A stretch of 63,892 bases of DNA, counting the filler, from Candidatus Woesearchaeota archaeon (GTDB lineage Archaea > Nanobdellota > Nanobdellia > Woesearchaeales > CG1-02-33-12): the NCBI GenBank assembly GCA_018399355.1. It is 5 parts of 5 records of this genome, joined end to end, with 100 filler letters (N's around TTAATTAATTAA, not from the genome) between each part and the next. Parts side by side here need not be neighbours in the genome. Positions count along the whole stretch, not along the records: positions 14,412 to 28,408 come from JAGYOA010000024.1; positions 28,509 to 42,448 come from JAGYOA010000025.1; 3 more parts are not named here. One strand, 5' to 3'. The notes beneath the pieces are model-generated. The model was not told the DNA's origin and made no database searches. It was given only the letters and a program-made list of their open reading frames with translations. Below, in pieces: positions 27,229 through 37,369 of this stretch. Positions within the stretch are counted from its first letter, which is position 1; each line of letters begins with the position of its first letter. The translations under genes were made by a program, and so were the position numbers.

Positions 27229-27501
27229 CTAAATGCTTTCTGTTTTTTGTATTTTAATGTTTTCAGGTGTTATACTTAAAACATTAAACTCAATATTTTT
27301 TATTCTTATCCTGCTCATGCCTTTTGGATAGTAAAGGTTTAATCCATATCCCTGGTATCCTGCACTTTCCAGATAACTTAATGAAAAGATTTTTTCATTT
27401 GGCATCCCGCAATATACAATACCAAAAGAGTTAAAAAAATTCAGCTTTATTACCTTTTTTTCTCCAGTTTGGATTGTGATCGCCTCTTCCATATAATACA
27501 A
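27229..27501 (-). CDS. Hypothetical protein
   Basis: 90-aa ORF occupying an intergenic gap. No family recognised. Confidence 0.5.
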   Translation of the reverse strand: MYYMEEAITIQTGEKKVIKLNFFNSFGIVYCGMPNEKIFSLSYLESAGYQGYGLNLYYPKGMSRIRIKNIEFNVLSITPENIKIQKTESI

Positions 27502-27604
27502 TAAAGGAAGATTATATTTATTTGTTTCTTTTTTTGATTTTACTTTATGTCATTGGACAGTTTGACGCAGAATATTTAAAGATAAACATCTTTCTTGTTT
27601 ATAG

Positions 27605-28408
27605 ATGAAAGAAAAGAACAGAATTGTTGTTTTTCAAGACAAGAAAATAAGAAGGATATGGCATAATAAAGAATGGTATTTTTCAATAGTTGATATTATA
27701 AAGGTCTTAACTGAAAGCAACAATCCTCAAATTTACTGGAGAGTCCTTAAAAAAAGATTAAATGATGAAGGAAATGAAACCGTTACAAATTGTAACGCTT
27801 TGAAGATGCCGGCACCTGATGGGAAAATGAGGCTTACAGATGTAGGAAATACAAAAGAAATATTTAGATTAATTCAGTCAATACCTTCACCAAAGGCAGA
27901 ACCTTTTAAGAAATGGCTTGCGCAAGTTGGATATGAAAGAATACAAGAAATAGAAAATCCAGAACTTGGCCAAGACAGAATAAAAGAATACTATGAGCTT
28001 AAGGGATATCCAAAAGAATGGATAGATAAAAGACTCAGAGGAATTGCTGTTAGGCAAGAATTAACAGATGAATGGAAAGACAGAGAAATCAAAACCAAAA
28101 CAGAATTTGCAATATTAACAAACGAAATTTCCAAGGCAACTTTTGGAAAGACAATTGGAGAATATAGAGAATTCAAACGGCTTCAGAAAAACAATCAAAA
28201 TTTAAGGGATCACATGACCGATTGGGAACTAATTCTTACAATGGTTGGAGAAAAAGCAACAACAGACATAACAAGAGAAACTGACTCGCAAGGACTTCAA
28301 GAATGTAAAGATTCAGCAAATAAAGGAGGCAGCATTGCAAAAAGAACTAGAGAGGATATAGAAAAAAACATTGGAAAAAGCATAATCTCTAAAGACAACT
28401 ATCTTCCA
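27605..28408 (+). CDS. Bro-N domain (phage antirepressor-like) DNA-binding protein, cut by contig end
   Basis: IRRIW...WYFSIVDII, YWRVLKKRL, APDGKMRLTD, QSIPSPKAEPFK, NLRDHMT. Confidence 0.85.
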
Positions 28409-28508
28409 NNNNNNNNNNNNNNNNNNNNNNNNNNNNNNNNNNNNNNNNNNNNTTAATTAATTAANNNNNNNNNNNNNNNNNNNNNNNNNNNNNNNNNNNN
28501 NNNNNNNN
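28409..28508. other. Artificial contig linker
   Basis: N44-TTAATTAATTAA-N44. Confidence 0.97.
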
Positions 28509-30902
28509 GTTAAAACAAAAGCAAAAAAGAAAAATGAAAGCTTGCTGAGTAAGCACAGGATTGCGATAATAATTTCTGTAATACTCTTTTTATTAATTTC
28601 AGGATTAGGCGCAAAAATATTCTTATACCTTAATTTCATCCTTGGAAATGATATCATAATCCATCTTAACTCTGATAAAGAGGATTTAAGTTTAATAAGA
28701 GAACAGCATGAAACAATTAATTTTAAGTCAAGTATAACAACAAATCCATTTTGCAACGCGCAATGCAGTTATGTTTTTCAGGACATAAGCAAAAACATAA
28801 CTCTGGATTATAATAATTTCGAGCTTTCTCCGGCAATGCCTATAACAAAGCAGTATGTGATAAGCATAGATGATTTTGGAGAAGGGCAGAAGCTTTACAG
28901 GTTTACGATTGAATGTATGGGCTCTCCAAGCTTATTATGCCATACAAAACAGGAATCAACATCAAGAACTATACTGGTTACTGCAAAATATAAACTTTCT
29001 GAGCAGGAAAAATCATTGAAAAATGAATTAAAGCAGAATCTTGATAATCTTAAACAGGACATTGCAAAATCAATTGAGGAAAAAAACAAGATTGAGCTTG
29101 TTATTGAGGAGCTTGAAAATGTTGTTTATGTTGATGATATAAAACAAGATTTAAATGATGCTCAGCAGAGAAGTTCAAAAATTGTTGAAAGCCTTAATGA
29201 ATTAAAAAAATTATGGGATAAGCAAGACTACAACCAATTAAATGAAAAATTTAATGATGTTAATAAGGAATCAATACAGATAAATGGATCTATTAAAAAA
29301 ATTGAGGAAAATGTATCTTATTCTTTGCTGTTGTATAATAAGATTGCATCCAAGCTTAATGAAACAAAACAAAGATTAACGCAATTAAATCAGTCTTTGA
29401 TTTTAGATGAAGATATTACAGCTGAAATAAATAAAAAAATAAATGAATTTAATTCTGTTTTAATTTTGTTTAACTCAAAAGAAGATATATCAAAAAAGAT
29501 AATTCAGGTTGAATCTTTGTATAATTCTGTTTATATCCTCTATAATGATGTAAAAAAATATGAAAAAAGAGAAGTGCTAAAAAAGAATATAGAAGTGGAT
29601 ATCAATTATGAGGTTTTATGCATTTTAAACAAAAGCTGTGTGGAAAGGCCGTCAATAAATGAAAGGGCAAATCAGACAGAGTTTAATCTTAAAGAAGCGT
29701 GTGATGATATAGAATATCTTAAAATGAATTACCTTAATATAAGCGCAAACAATTCAAATAATGAAACAATAAACACTGTTAAGCAGGATACTGCGCAGAA
29801 ATACTTAAACCAACTTGCTGAGCAGGGAGATAATATTGAGATAATAGAGGAAATTCTTTTATCATACGGAAACGATTCAATAAATCAGGAATACAGTTTA
29901 GATAATTTGTTTTTACAGCTTGTAAAAGACCAGCCAGAAAGCTGCAAAAAATTAAATCTTAGTTATAATTTGATAAGCAATGAAGAGATTAAGATAATTA
30001 AAGAAAAAGAAGCAATGCCTGTTGAGATTAATATTGAATTTAATGAACATAGTTTAAAATGCTGTGTTTTCGGTGAATGTGATCAATGTTGCACAACCCA
30101 GGAATGCATAAATGATCCTTCAAAATTCCCTGTTGTTTTTATACATGGTCACAGCGTAAACAAGAATACTGCAGCAGACCACAGCCTTGATGTATTTAAC
30201 AAACTCCAGAAAGAACTTGAGAAAGAAGGATACCTTAATGCAGGATCGATAACACTTTACACTCCTGAGGATACATCTCCTGGGGCCTGGGGGCTGATGC
30301 AAACCCCTGTAAGCATAAAGGCAAGCTATTATTTTGATGTTTTTCAGGAGCCTGAGAACTATCTTGTTGTACAGACAAAAAGCGAAAACATTGAAACTTA
30401 TGCAGTTAGGATGCAGGAGATAATAAATAATGTGAAACACAGGACAGGAAAGCCAAAAGTGATATTAATAGCCCACAGCATGGGAGGTCTTGTTTCAAGA
30501 AGGTACCTTCAGATATTTGGAGATGATGATGTTGAAAAACTTATAATGATAGGCACTCCAAACCAAGGCATTGAGGGAGATATTGCCCATATGTGCCCTA
30601 TAATAGGAAGCAGGTATGCATGCCGTGATATGCTTGCTGACAGCCTTTTCATGAACAAGCTGAACAGCGGAAATCTTCCTAATATTGAAATTTATATGAT
30701 AATAGGTGATGGATGTGAATTAGACGGCCAGCCTTCAGACGGAACAGTGCTTGTGAAAAATGCAAGGTTTGAAGGTGAAAAGGTAAATAATTTTGTAGTA
30801 AACGGAACTTGTGAGGGCATTAAAAAGCTACATTCAAAGATGCTTGACCCAGAAATCCATCCAGAAGTCTATGAAATAATATTAAAAGCATTGAAAGATT
30901 GA
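28509..30902 (+). CDS. Membrane-anchored coiled-coil protein with C-terminal alpha/beta hydrolase (lipase/esterase-like) domain, 5' end probably cut by contig start
   Basis: N-terminal TM, long heptad region, Cys cluster CCVFGECDQCC, then PVVFIHG, AHSMGG nucleophile elbow, GTPNQG, DGTV and a late His. Confidence 0.8.
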   Translation, partial: VKTKAKKKNESLLSKHRIAIIISVILFLLISGLGAKIFLYLNFILGNDIIIHLNSDKEDLSLIREQHETINFKSSITTNPFCNAQCSYVFQDISKNITLDYNNFELSPAMPITKQYVISIDDFGEGQKLYRFTIECMGSPSLLCHTKQESTSRTILVTAKYKLSEQEKSLKNELKQNLDNLKQDIAKSIEEKNKIELVIEELENVVYVDDIKQDLNDAQQRSSKIVESLNELKKLWDKQDYNQLNEKFNDVNKESIQINGSIKKIEENVSYSLLLYNKIASKLNETKQRLTQLNQSLILDEDITAEINKKINEFNSVLILFNSKEDISKKIIQVESLYNSVYILYNDVKKYEKREVLKKNIEVDINYEVLCILNKSCVERPSINERANQTEFNLKEACDDIEYLKMNYLNISANNSNNETINTVKQDTAQKYLNQLAEQGDNIEIIEEILLSYGNDSINQEYSLDNLFLQLVKDQPESCKKLNLSYNLISNEEIKIIKEKEAMPVEINIEFNEHSLKCCVFGECDQCCTTQECINDPSKFPVVFIHGHSVNKNTAADHSLDVFNKLQKELEKEGYLNAGSITLYTPEDTSPGAWGLMQTPVSIKASYYFDVFQEPENYLVVQTKSENIETYAVRMQEIINNVKHRTGKPKVILIAHSMGGLVSRRYLQIFGDDDVEKLIMIGTPNQGIEGDIAHMCPIIGSRYACRDMLADSLFMNKLNSGNLPNIEIYMIIGDGCELDGQPSDGTVLVKNARFEGEKVNNFVVNGTCEGIKKLHSKMLDPEIHPEVYEIILKALKD

Positions 30903-30967
30903 AATTTAGAAATCTTTATATACTGAATTAGTTATTTACATTATTTCTATAATGAGAAGGTGATCAA

Positions 30968-31210
30968 ATGAAAAAAGAGGTTATTGAAAAATTAGCTGCA
31001 TTGGTTACAGCTGCATTTGGGTTGGTTGCTGCATTGGCATGGAATGATGCGATCAAGGCTTTGTTTGTAGGACCATGTGGAACAGAGGAAGCAGGCGCTC
31101 TTTGCATGTTATCCTCTGGCGGGCCATGGGTTTATGCAATCATCATAACAATAATTGCGGTTTTTGCCACAATCTGGATAGGAAGAATATCAGCAGAAAA
31201 AAAGAAATAA
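30968..31210 (+). CDS. Small membrane protein (DUF5654-like)
   Basis: LVTAAFGLVAALAWNDAIK...YAIIITIIAV. Confidence 0.75.
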   Translation: MKKEVIEKLAALVTAAFGLVAALAWNDAIKALFVGPCGTEEAGALCMLSSGGPWVYAIIITIIAVFATIWIGRISAEKKK

Positions 31211-32035
31211 TTAATTGAATTCTTTTGTTTTTTTATATTTTATATTTAATTCTTCAAGAATATCTGTTATTTTCTGTTTGTATTGGCCGAGTCCTTTCCA
31301 ATCCAAAACAACTTCTTCGCATTTGTGAACATTTCTTTCAATGGCCTGCAGAATCATTTCCTTGTCTAATTGTTCTAACATATATTTTGGGCAAACGTGG
31401 CCGAATGCCAAATTAGATTTTTCCATAACTTTTTTGAAATTTGGGCAGTGGTGCAGTCCGCCTATGCCAAGAGCAGTTTTGTAATGATTAGGCTTTTTTG
31501 GTATTACACTCATTATTGTTTTTGCTATGATTTCTCCTGCTTTTTTGTCAGGCCATTGTTTTTCAGAAGAGCCAATCTCAATGAACATGCAGGGTGTTTT
31601 TGCTAAATATGGGCCGTGGTGAGTGCATTCCTGTATTATCTCATACTTGTTTTCTTTTGAAAGCTCTTCAATTTTGAATAAGCAATCTCTTAAATAATCA
31701 GCATCTGCAATGCAAAGCTTTCTGTCTTTCCCCCCAAATTCTGCCTTTGCCCAGTTGCCCTGTATATGCACAGATAAAGATGCTATTCCAGACTTGCTTT
31801 GGTGTTTTGTTGCAAAAACAATAAAATCTGCATCTATTTTCTCATCAATATTCTCACAGTTTATTGAGTCTTTTTCAGTTGTGTAAAGCCTTATTTTCTC
31901 TTTTTCAACATTAATCTCATAAATTTTTTCTCCTTCAAATTCCTCTTCAGTTTCCCTAAAATCAAATAATCTAAGCAAACACTCCTTTATGTTCATTCCT
32001 GCCATATCCTTCTTTGAGACTATTACTGCTTTCAT
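31211..32035 (-). CDS. dtdA: D-aminoacyl-tRNA deacylase (archaeal DTD2 type)
   Basis: VSKKDMAG.NI, FATKHQS, LSVH..GN, ECTHHGP, FIEIGS, GIGGLHH, FGHVCPKY. Confidence 0.9.
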   Translation of the reverse strand: MKAVIVSKKDMAGMNIKECLLRLFDFRETEEEFEGEKIYEINVEKEKIRLYTTEKDSINCENIDEKIDADFIVFATKHQSKSGIASLSVHIQGNWAKAEFGGKDRKLCIADADYLRDCLFKIEELSKENKYEIIQECTHHGPYLAKTPCMFIEIGSSEKQWPDKKAGEIIAKTIMSVIPKKPNHYKTALGIGGLHHCPNFKKVMEKSNLAFGHVCPKYMLEQLDKEMILQAIERNVHKCEEVVLDWKGLGQYKQKITDILEELNIKYKKTKEFN

Positions 32036-32108
32036 AGGTTTTTGTTTAAACATCTAATATAAAAAACTAATCAAAATGCTTAAATACTAACTGTAATTTT
32101 GGGTTATA

Positions 32109-32393
32109 ATGAACAAGCCAAAAATAAATTACATAGTTGATTTTTTTATGACAATATCATTCATAATCACTGCAATAAGCGGGCTTGTGATCTTCTTTTT
32201 TCTTCCTGAGGGTGTTCAGAGAGGCGGCTACCAGCAGTTTATGGGGATTATAAAACAAAAATGGATAGTAATGCATGATTACTCTGGATTGATAATGCTC
32301 GTTCTTGTAATGGTTCATTTTGTTTTACACTGGAACTGGATAGTCTGCATGACTAAAGGATTTTTCTTGAAAAAGCAGAAAGAATGCAAATAG
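32109..32393 (+). CDS. DUF4405-like membrane protein (cytochrome b-like His residues)
   Basis: TAISGL, WIVMHDYSG, VHFVLHWNWI. Confidence 0.78.
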   Translation: MNKPKINYIVDFFMTISFIITAISGLVIFFFLPEGVQRGGYQQFMGIIKQKWIVMHDYSGLIMLVLVMVHFVLHWNWIVCMTKGFFLKKQKECK

Positions 32394-32480
32394 TTGCCCA
32401 TAAAAGAATTTAACCACTATAGAATAGAAAAATATAAAAACAAAGAGAACACACTAGATTGTATAGTTGGGGGTAATATT

Positions 32481-33110
32481 ATGGACAAAAGAGAGTTAAT
32501 GCTTTTTGCACTTATTTTTTCACTTACATTATCTTTATCCTCTTCTGCTTTTTATATTTATGATAATAGGACATCTTTAGATAATTTTAGTGAAGATTAT
32601 AGCCTTGAGGATAATATAACTGTACCTCTGGAAAGTCCTTTGTCGATGGGTATATTTTTAAAAGTGAAGGAAAGAGAGGAAAACGAACCAGATTATATAC
32701 ATATAAACCTTTCCTACAATAACGGCACAAATTGGAATACTGATAACGATGGAGTTGAGTCCATTAAAGGAGTTGTAGACCTCACTGTAAACCAGACAGA
32801 TTTTTCATTGGATTTAAATCATTCAAATCTTTGTACAAAATGGATTGTCTTATCAGAGGATACAGGAAATTATGAAGCAATTTGTTTTGGCTCAAAAAAA
32901 GCATGTAATTTTCTTTATCTTGACAGCCAGGAAAAAAGCAAATGGAATGATCCGTTGTTTGTGCACTATGGAAGGTATGGTGCAACATCAAACAACACAG
33001 TAAGCGCCCAGGTTTTCTATATTGATTACAGCACTGAGATTGATGATTTGCATGCAGATATTTATGAAAGTGATTTAGATTCGCTTCCCGTGTTGTTTAC
33101 AGAAGAATAA
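32481..33110 (+). CDS. Hypothetical exported protein
   Basis: N-terminal signal/TM MDKRELMLFALIFSLTLSL, acidic and NxS/T-rich body. Confidence 0.6.
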   Translation: MDKRELMLFALIFSLTLSLSSSAFYIYDNRTSLDNFSEDYSLEDNITVPLESPLSMGIFLKVKEREENEPDYIHINLSYNNGTNWNTDNDGVESIKGVVDLTVNQTDFSLDLNHSNLCTKWIVLSEDTGNYEAICFGSKKACNFLYLDSQEKSKWNDPLFVHYGRYGATSNNTVSAQVFYIDYSTEIDDLHADIYESDLDSLPVLFTEE

Positions 33111-33112
33111 GG

Positions 33113-33247
33113 TTAATCCTCAGAAGTCGCAACCTGGTGTTTGCATTTTTTGCATTTCCATATAGCATATTCTGTATCACCAATTATTTCAGAAGATATT
33201 TTGACCATTTCTGAATTACAGAGCTCGCACCGCTTTGCTTCGGCCAT
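33113..33247 (-). CDS. Zn-ribbon microprotein (44 aa)
   Basis: Manual translation MAEAKRCELCNSEMVKISSEIIGDTEYAIWKCKKCKHQVATSED: two CxxC motifs, 12 nt after the upstream gene. Confidence 0.7.
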   Translation of the reverse strand: MAEAKRCELCNSEMVKISSEIIGDTEYAIWKCKKCKHQVATSED

Positions 33248-33259
33248 GTTATAAGTAGA

Positions 33260-34126
33260 TTATTCAAACTCCTTTAAAAACTTTACCAATTCATTGGATT
33301 TTTCAAACTCCATGAATTCTTCTTTTGTTAATGAAGGAATATCTTTTGGCTTTTTTTTCTTGAATATTACAAGGTTGTCAACATCAAAAAGCTTTGATAA
33401 TGAGCTAAGCCTTGGGTTTGTTTTGTCACCTATTCCTGTGACTATAACTTCCTTGTCTTTTTTTGAGATTATATCAAAAGGCACTTTTCTCGTTTCCATT
33501 GTTTTAAAGCCAAGGTCAGAGTATTTTTTTGATATTTTTGATTTTACGCTTTCATATATTTCCTTTTTTGAATCAAATATATTTATCTTGTCAAAAACAT
33601 CATCACCAAAAATTTCATAAAGCCTTATTGCCCTTTCTATTCTTATCTCTGCATTATTGCTTTCATATCTTGATATCATTCTGTTGGTTACGCCTAATTT
33701 TTTTGCAAGGCTGTTTATTGAATAGCCCTCTTTTTCCCTTTTGTTTTTCAGCTTGTTGCCTATTAAACTTGCTGTGAGTCCTGCTTTTGTTCTTTTTACA
33801 AAAGGAAAGTTATTATCCACGCATCTCTTGAAAGTTGATAAGTTTAATGTGTAAATGCCGAATCTTGAATATACAACGTTGTTTTCAAGGCTAGTTCCTG
33901 CTTTTTCTGAGATAATTATAGGGGAGGCGTTTATGTAAGAGCTAATTCTGTGCATTTCATCTGTGAATTCCTTTTTCACTGAGTTTGCATCCTCAAGGAC
34001 TTTTATTAAAAGTATGGCCTCAGGGCCCTTTGCAACAAGGTCAAAGCATGTTCTGGTCATGCTCTTTATTGTAAATCCTTTCTTAAGAAGAAATATTCCA
34101 ATGTTGTCTAGGATGGCCTGCTTCAT
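33260..34126 (-). CDS. Archaeal HTH-type transcriptional regulator (COG1395-like)
   Basis: CFDLVA..LLIKVLED, LENNVVYSRFGI, central Cro/C1 HTH REKEGYSINSLAKKLGVT..ISRYE, VPFDII. Confidence 0.85.
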   Translation of the reverse strand: MKQAILDNIGIFLLKKGFTIKSMTRTCFDLVAKGPEAILLIKVLEDANSVKKEFTDEMHRISSYINASPIIISEKAGTSLENNVVYSRFGIYTLNLSTFKRCVDNNFPFVKRTKAGLTASLIGNKLKNKREKEGYSINSLAKKLGVTNRMISRYESNNAEIRIERAIRLYEIFGDDVFDKINIFDSKKEIYESVKSKISKKYSDLGFKTMETRKVPFDIISKKDKEVIVTGIGDKTNPRLSSLSKLFDVDNLVIFKKKKPKDIPSLTKEEFMEFEKSNELVKFLKEFE

Positions 34127-34253
34127 GATAAATACAAACATCTTTCCTTATAAATATATTTGGGTTAAATTAAAAATGATTCATAAATTCTGGAAAAATA
34201 AGTTAAAATTGACAGAAAAGCTTAAATATTAGTATTATATATAGTTATATAAG

Positions 34254-34520
34254 ATGTCACAATCAGCAAAACTGCATAGTCCAACACTTGAATCAGTGAT
34301 TATGGTAGAGAAAACAATACAAAAAAACAGCCAAGAGTGCGGAAAATACCAACTGTGGAAAAAACTACCTAAAAAGATGATGTACCAGACGTACCAAATT
34401 ATATTAGATTACTTAGAGGGTTCAGGAAAGGTAATGATTGATGATGAAGGTTGCATAATCTGGACATACGATCCAGAGGGAATAAAGAAGCTAATTTCTA
34501 AAGGGCTTAAATTAAGATGA
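34254..34520 (+). CDS. Putative antitoxin (small wHTH-like protein)
   Basis: 88 aa, overlaps the downstream RelE-like gene by ATGA. Confidence 0.6.
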   Translation: MSQSAKLHSPTLESVIMVEKTIQKNSQECGKYQLWKKLPKKMMYQTYQIILDYLEGSGKVMIDDEGCIIWTYDPEGIKKLISKGLKLR

Positions 34521-34855
34521 ATGAAAAACAGATTTATGTAATTTTTGGTAGTAAAAAATTAGAATCAAGTTTTGAATCTTTGAAAAAAGGAAAATTCCAG
34601 GATAAACAGCTTTATGATTCAATAGAAAAGGCGATCAAGAATTTAAAAAACAATCCAAGCTATGGAATAAAGATACCAAAGAAGTTGTGGCCCAAAATTT
34701 ATATGAAAAAATACAACACAACCAACTTATGGAAATATGATTTGCCAAATGGTTGGAGATTGGTTTATACAATCAAGACAGACGAGATTATGATATTAAG
34801 TGTTATACTTGAATGGTTTGATCACAAGGAATATGAGAAAAGGTTTAAGTATTGA
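34517..34855 (+). CDS. RelE/ParE superfamily toxin
   Basis: IEKAIKNLKNNP..G..I, NLWKYDLPNGWRLVYTI, DHKEYEKRF. Confidence 0.75.
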   Translation: MNEKQIYVIFGSKKLESSFESLKKGKFQDKQLYDSIEKAIKNLKNNPSYGIKIPKKLWPKIYMKKYNTTNLWKYDLPNGWRLVYTIKTDEIMILSVILEWFDHKEYEKRFKY

Positions 34856-34908
34856 TTTCTATTTAAAAAACAAAAGATTTAATAAATAAATAGCCAAAAC
34901 TAATTATT

Positions 34909-36666
34909 ATGACAAGGATAGCTGTTATTGACAAGGAAAAGTGCAGTCCTTCCAAGTGCCAGAACCTCTGCTTAAAGCTTTGCCCGAGGAATAGAACTGG
35001 CGAGGAGTGCATAATAATGGGAGAATATGGCAAGCCTGAGATAGATGAAAATATATGCACCGGCTGTGGAATATGCTCAAACAGATGCCCTTTTGAGGCA
35101 ATACATATAATAAACTTGCCTGAAGAACTTGACAAGGATCCAATACACCAGTACGGAAAAAACGGATTCAGATTATACAATCTTCCAATACCAATATTCG
35201 GAAAAGTTGTTGGAATTCTAGGGAGAAATGGAATAGGAAAATCCACTGCAATAAAGATAATCTCAGGAATACTAAATCCAAATATGGGGGATCTTTCAAA
35301 AAAAGAACACGATGTAAATGAGTTAATAAAATTCTTCAAGGGAACAGAAGCCCAGATATTTTTTGAAAAAGTAAAAAACAAAGAAATCACAATTGCCTAC
35401 AAGCCGCAATCTGTTGATTTAATACCAAGAACATTTAAGGGAAAGGTAAAAGAGCTTCTGAAAAAGGTTGATGAAAGAAATAAGATTAAAGAAATAACAA
35501 AAAAATTAGGCATAGAAAAAATACTTGAAAGCAATATAAGCGAAATCTCAGGAGGAGAGCTTCAGAGAGTTGCGATTGCGGCATGCGTTCTAAAAAAAGC
35601 AAACTTATATGTTTTTGACGAGCCAACATCTTACTTAGATGTAAAGCAGAGAATCATAGTAAGCAAGTTCATAAGGGATCTTGCAGATGAAGATACAGCA
35701 GTCATAGTTGTTGAGCATGATTTAATAATTCTTGACTACATAGCAGATTTAATCAATGTAATGTATGGGCAGGAAGGCTGTTATGGTGTTGTATCAATGC
35801 CTAAATCAGCAAAAGCAGGAATAAACATCTATCTTGACGGTTATCTTAAAGAAGAGAATATAAGATTCAGGAACAACAAAATAAAATTTGAAACAAATGC
35901 CCCAGCAAAGATGACAAATGAAAATATTTTAACCAGCTGGGAAAAGATAGAAAAAAACCTCGGCAACTTCCAGTTAAAAGCAGAAAAAGGAAATATTTAC
36001 AAAAAAGCAATTATAGGTGTTCTAGGAGAGAATGCAATAGGAAAAACATCTTTTGTAAAGATTCTTGCAGGAGTGATAAAACAAGACAGGGGAGAGATAA
36101 AAGAAAAAATAAAGGTATCTTACAAGCCGCAGTATATAAATACAAATTCTGATGAAATTGTTGCATCTGTTTTAAAGGATGCAATAATTGGCTATAACAC
36201 CCAGATTGTAAAACCCTTAAACCTTAAGCAACTGTTAACAAAAAAAGTAAATGAATTATCAGGCGGAGAACTTCAAAGGGTGGCAATTGCAGAATGCCTT
36301 TCAAAAAAAGCAGAACTGTATCTTTTAGATGAGCCCTCTGCCTACCTTGATGTAGAGCAAAGATTAATCTTATCAAAGGTAATAAAAGACCTTGCAGAAA
36401 AAGAGGGAAAGACACTGCTCATAGTTGACCATGATGTTTTATTTATTGACTATCTTTCAGATGAATTAATTGTCTTTGATGGCCAACCAGCTGTTAATGG
36501 TGTTGTAAACGGCCCATTCACAATGGCAGAAGGAATGAACAAATTCCTTAACAGTCTTGATATGACATTCAGGAGAGACCCTGAAAGCAAGAGGCCGAGG
36601 GCCAATAAACTGAACTCGCAGATGGACCAAAAGCAAAAAAAGGAAAACAAGTTCTATTATGTCTAG
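34909..36666 (+). CDS. rli1: Ribosome recycling ABC ATPase ABCE1/Rli1
   Basis: N-terminal Fe-S Cys clusters, two NBDs (GRNGIGKST, GENAIGKTS), two SGGELQR signatures, TFRRD...RPRANK. Confidence 0.97.
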   Translation: MTRIAVIDKEKCSPSKCQNLCLKLCPRNRTGEECIIMGEYGKPEIDENICTGCGICSNRCPFEAIHIINLPEELDKDPIHQYGKNGFRLYNLPIPIFGKVVGILGRNGIGKSTAIKIISGILNPNMGDLSKKEHDVNELIKFFKGTEAQIFFEKVKNKEITIAYKPQSVDLIPRTFKGKVKELLKKVDERNKIKEITKKLGIEKILESNISEISGGELQRVAIAACVLKKANLYVFDEPTSYLDVKQRIIVSKFIRDLADEDTAVIVVEHDLIILDYIADLINVMYGQEGCYGVVSMPKSAKAGINIYLDGYLKEENIRFRNNKIKFETNAPAKMTNENILTSWEKIEKNLGNFQLKAEKGNIYKKAIIGVLGENAIGKTSFVKILAGVIKQDRGEIKEKIKVSYKPQYINTNSDEIVASVLKDAIIGYNTQIVKPLNLKQLLTKKVNELSGGELQRVAIAECLSKKAELYLLDEPSAYLDVEQRLILSKVIKDLAEKEGKTLLIVDHDVLFIDYLSDELIVFDGQPAVNGVVNGPFTMAEGMNKFLNSLDMTFRRDPESKRPRANKLNSQMDQKQKKENKFYYV

Positions 36667-37223
36667 GCCTTTCCTTTTGACTCACCACTAATAACACCAC
36701 GGGCAATTAAATGGGCTACTCTTAATGGCTCTGGAATCAATGAATGCGTTGAAGTTATATCAATTATCTCTTCTGCTTCTTTTAAACTTAATCCAATGTA
36801 CTGTATAAAAATCTCATCTAATTTATGAATCTCTCCTGCACTCTCAATTAATCTTAATTTTTCCTTATAGCCCAGATTTACAAGGGCATCCTTCATCTTT
36901 TCAATCTCTGGATAATTTCTCATAACTATAATCACAGGAATATCTGTCTTTTCATTTAATTCCTTAACATCAATAACATTAAAGCCAGCAACAGCTACAC
37001 CATCAAGCAAAATAGCCTGTATTTGGGGCCTGAACTTGCTATTATTAACCATCACAGCAATCTTTTCAGTGGAATCATTGCCATCAACCTTAACCTTACA
37101 AGAAAGAACTCCATCAATAAAAGAACCTCCTCTATAAACAGTTCCAACAACCAATGCCTCAGAATCATTAAACTTGTCAAATGGTCCATCATCAATTCCA
37201 AGAACACGTATCTCTTTTTTCAT
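36663..37223 (-). CDS. DUF99/UPF0215 family (endonuclease V-like fold)
   Basis: RVLGIDDGPF, VDGNDST, LLDGVAVAGFNVID, IPEPLRVAHLIA. Confidence 0.88.
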   Translation of the reverse strand: MKKEIRVLGIDDGPFDKFNDSEALVVGTVYRGGSFIDGVLSCKVKVDGNDSTEKIAVMVNNSKFRPQIQAILLDGVAVAGFNVIDVKELNEKTDIPVIIVMRNYPEIEKMKDALVNLGYKEKLRLIESAGEIHKLDEIFIQYIGLSLKEAEEIIDITSTHSLIPEPLRVAHLIARGVISGESKGKA

Positions 37224-37369
37224 AAATTAAAACACGCAATAATAATATATTAAGCTTTCCTTAACTATTAAAAAATATTTTATAATGGTATTAAGATTAC
37301 TTTAATAAGCTTTATATACTAAATAGAATTCCTTATTGTCCTGTTTAGTTTTTAAAAGGAGGGATTTTA

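Noticed and set aside
27605..28408. Prophage inferred from the Bro-N gene
   Set aside because: No integrase, capsid or terminase seen; the contig ends, so nothing further can be assessed.
28457..28756. ORFs running into N-runs (also 42322-42504 and 56201-56395)
   Set aside because: Produced by the linkers and antisense to, or outside, real genes.
37224..37369. Possible glmS ribozyme upstream of glmS
   Set aside because: Region is short, very AT-rich and holds only divergent TATA boxes and an SD; no paired core is visible.
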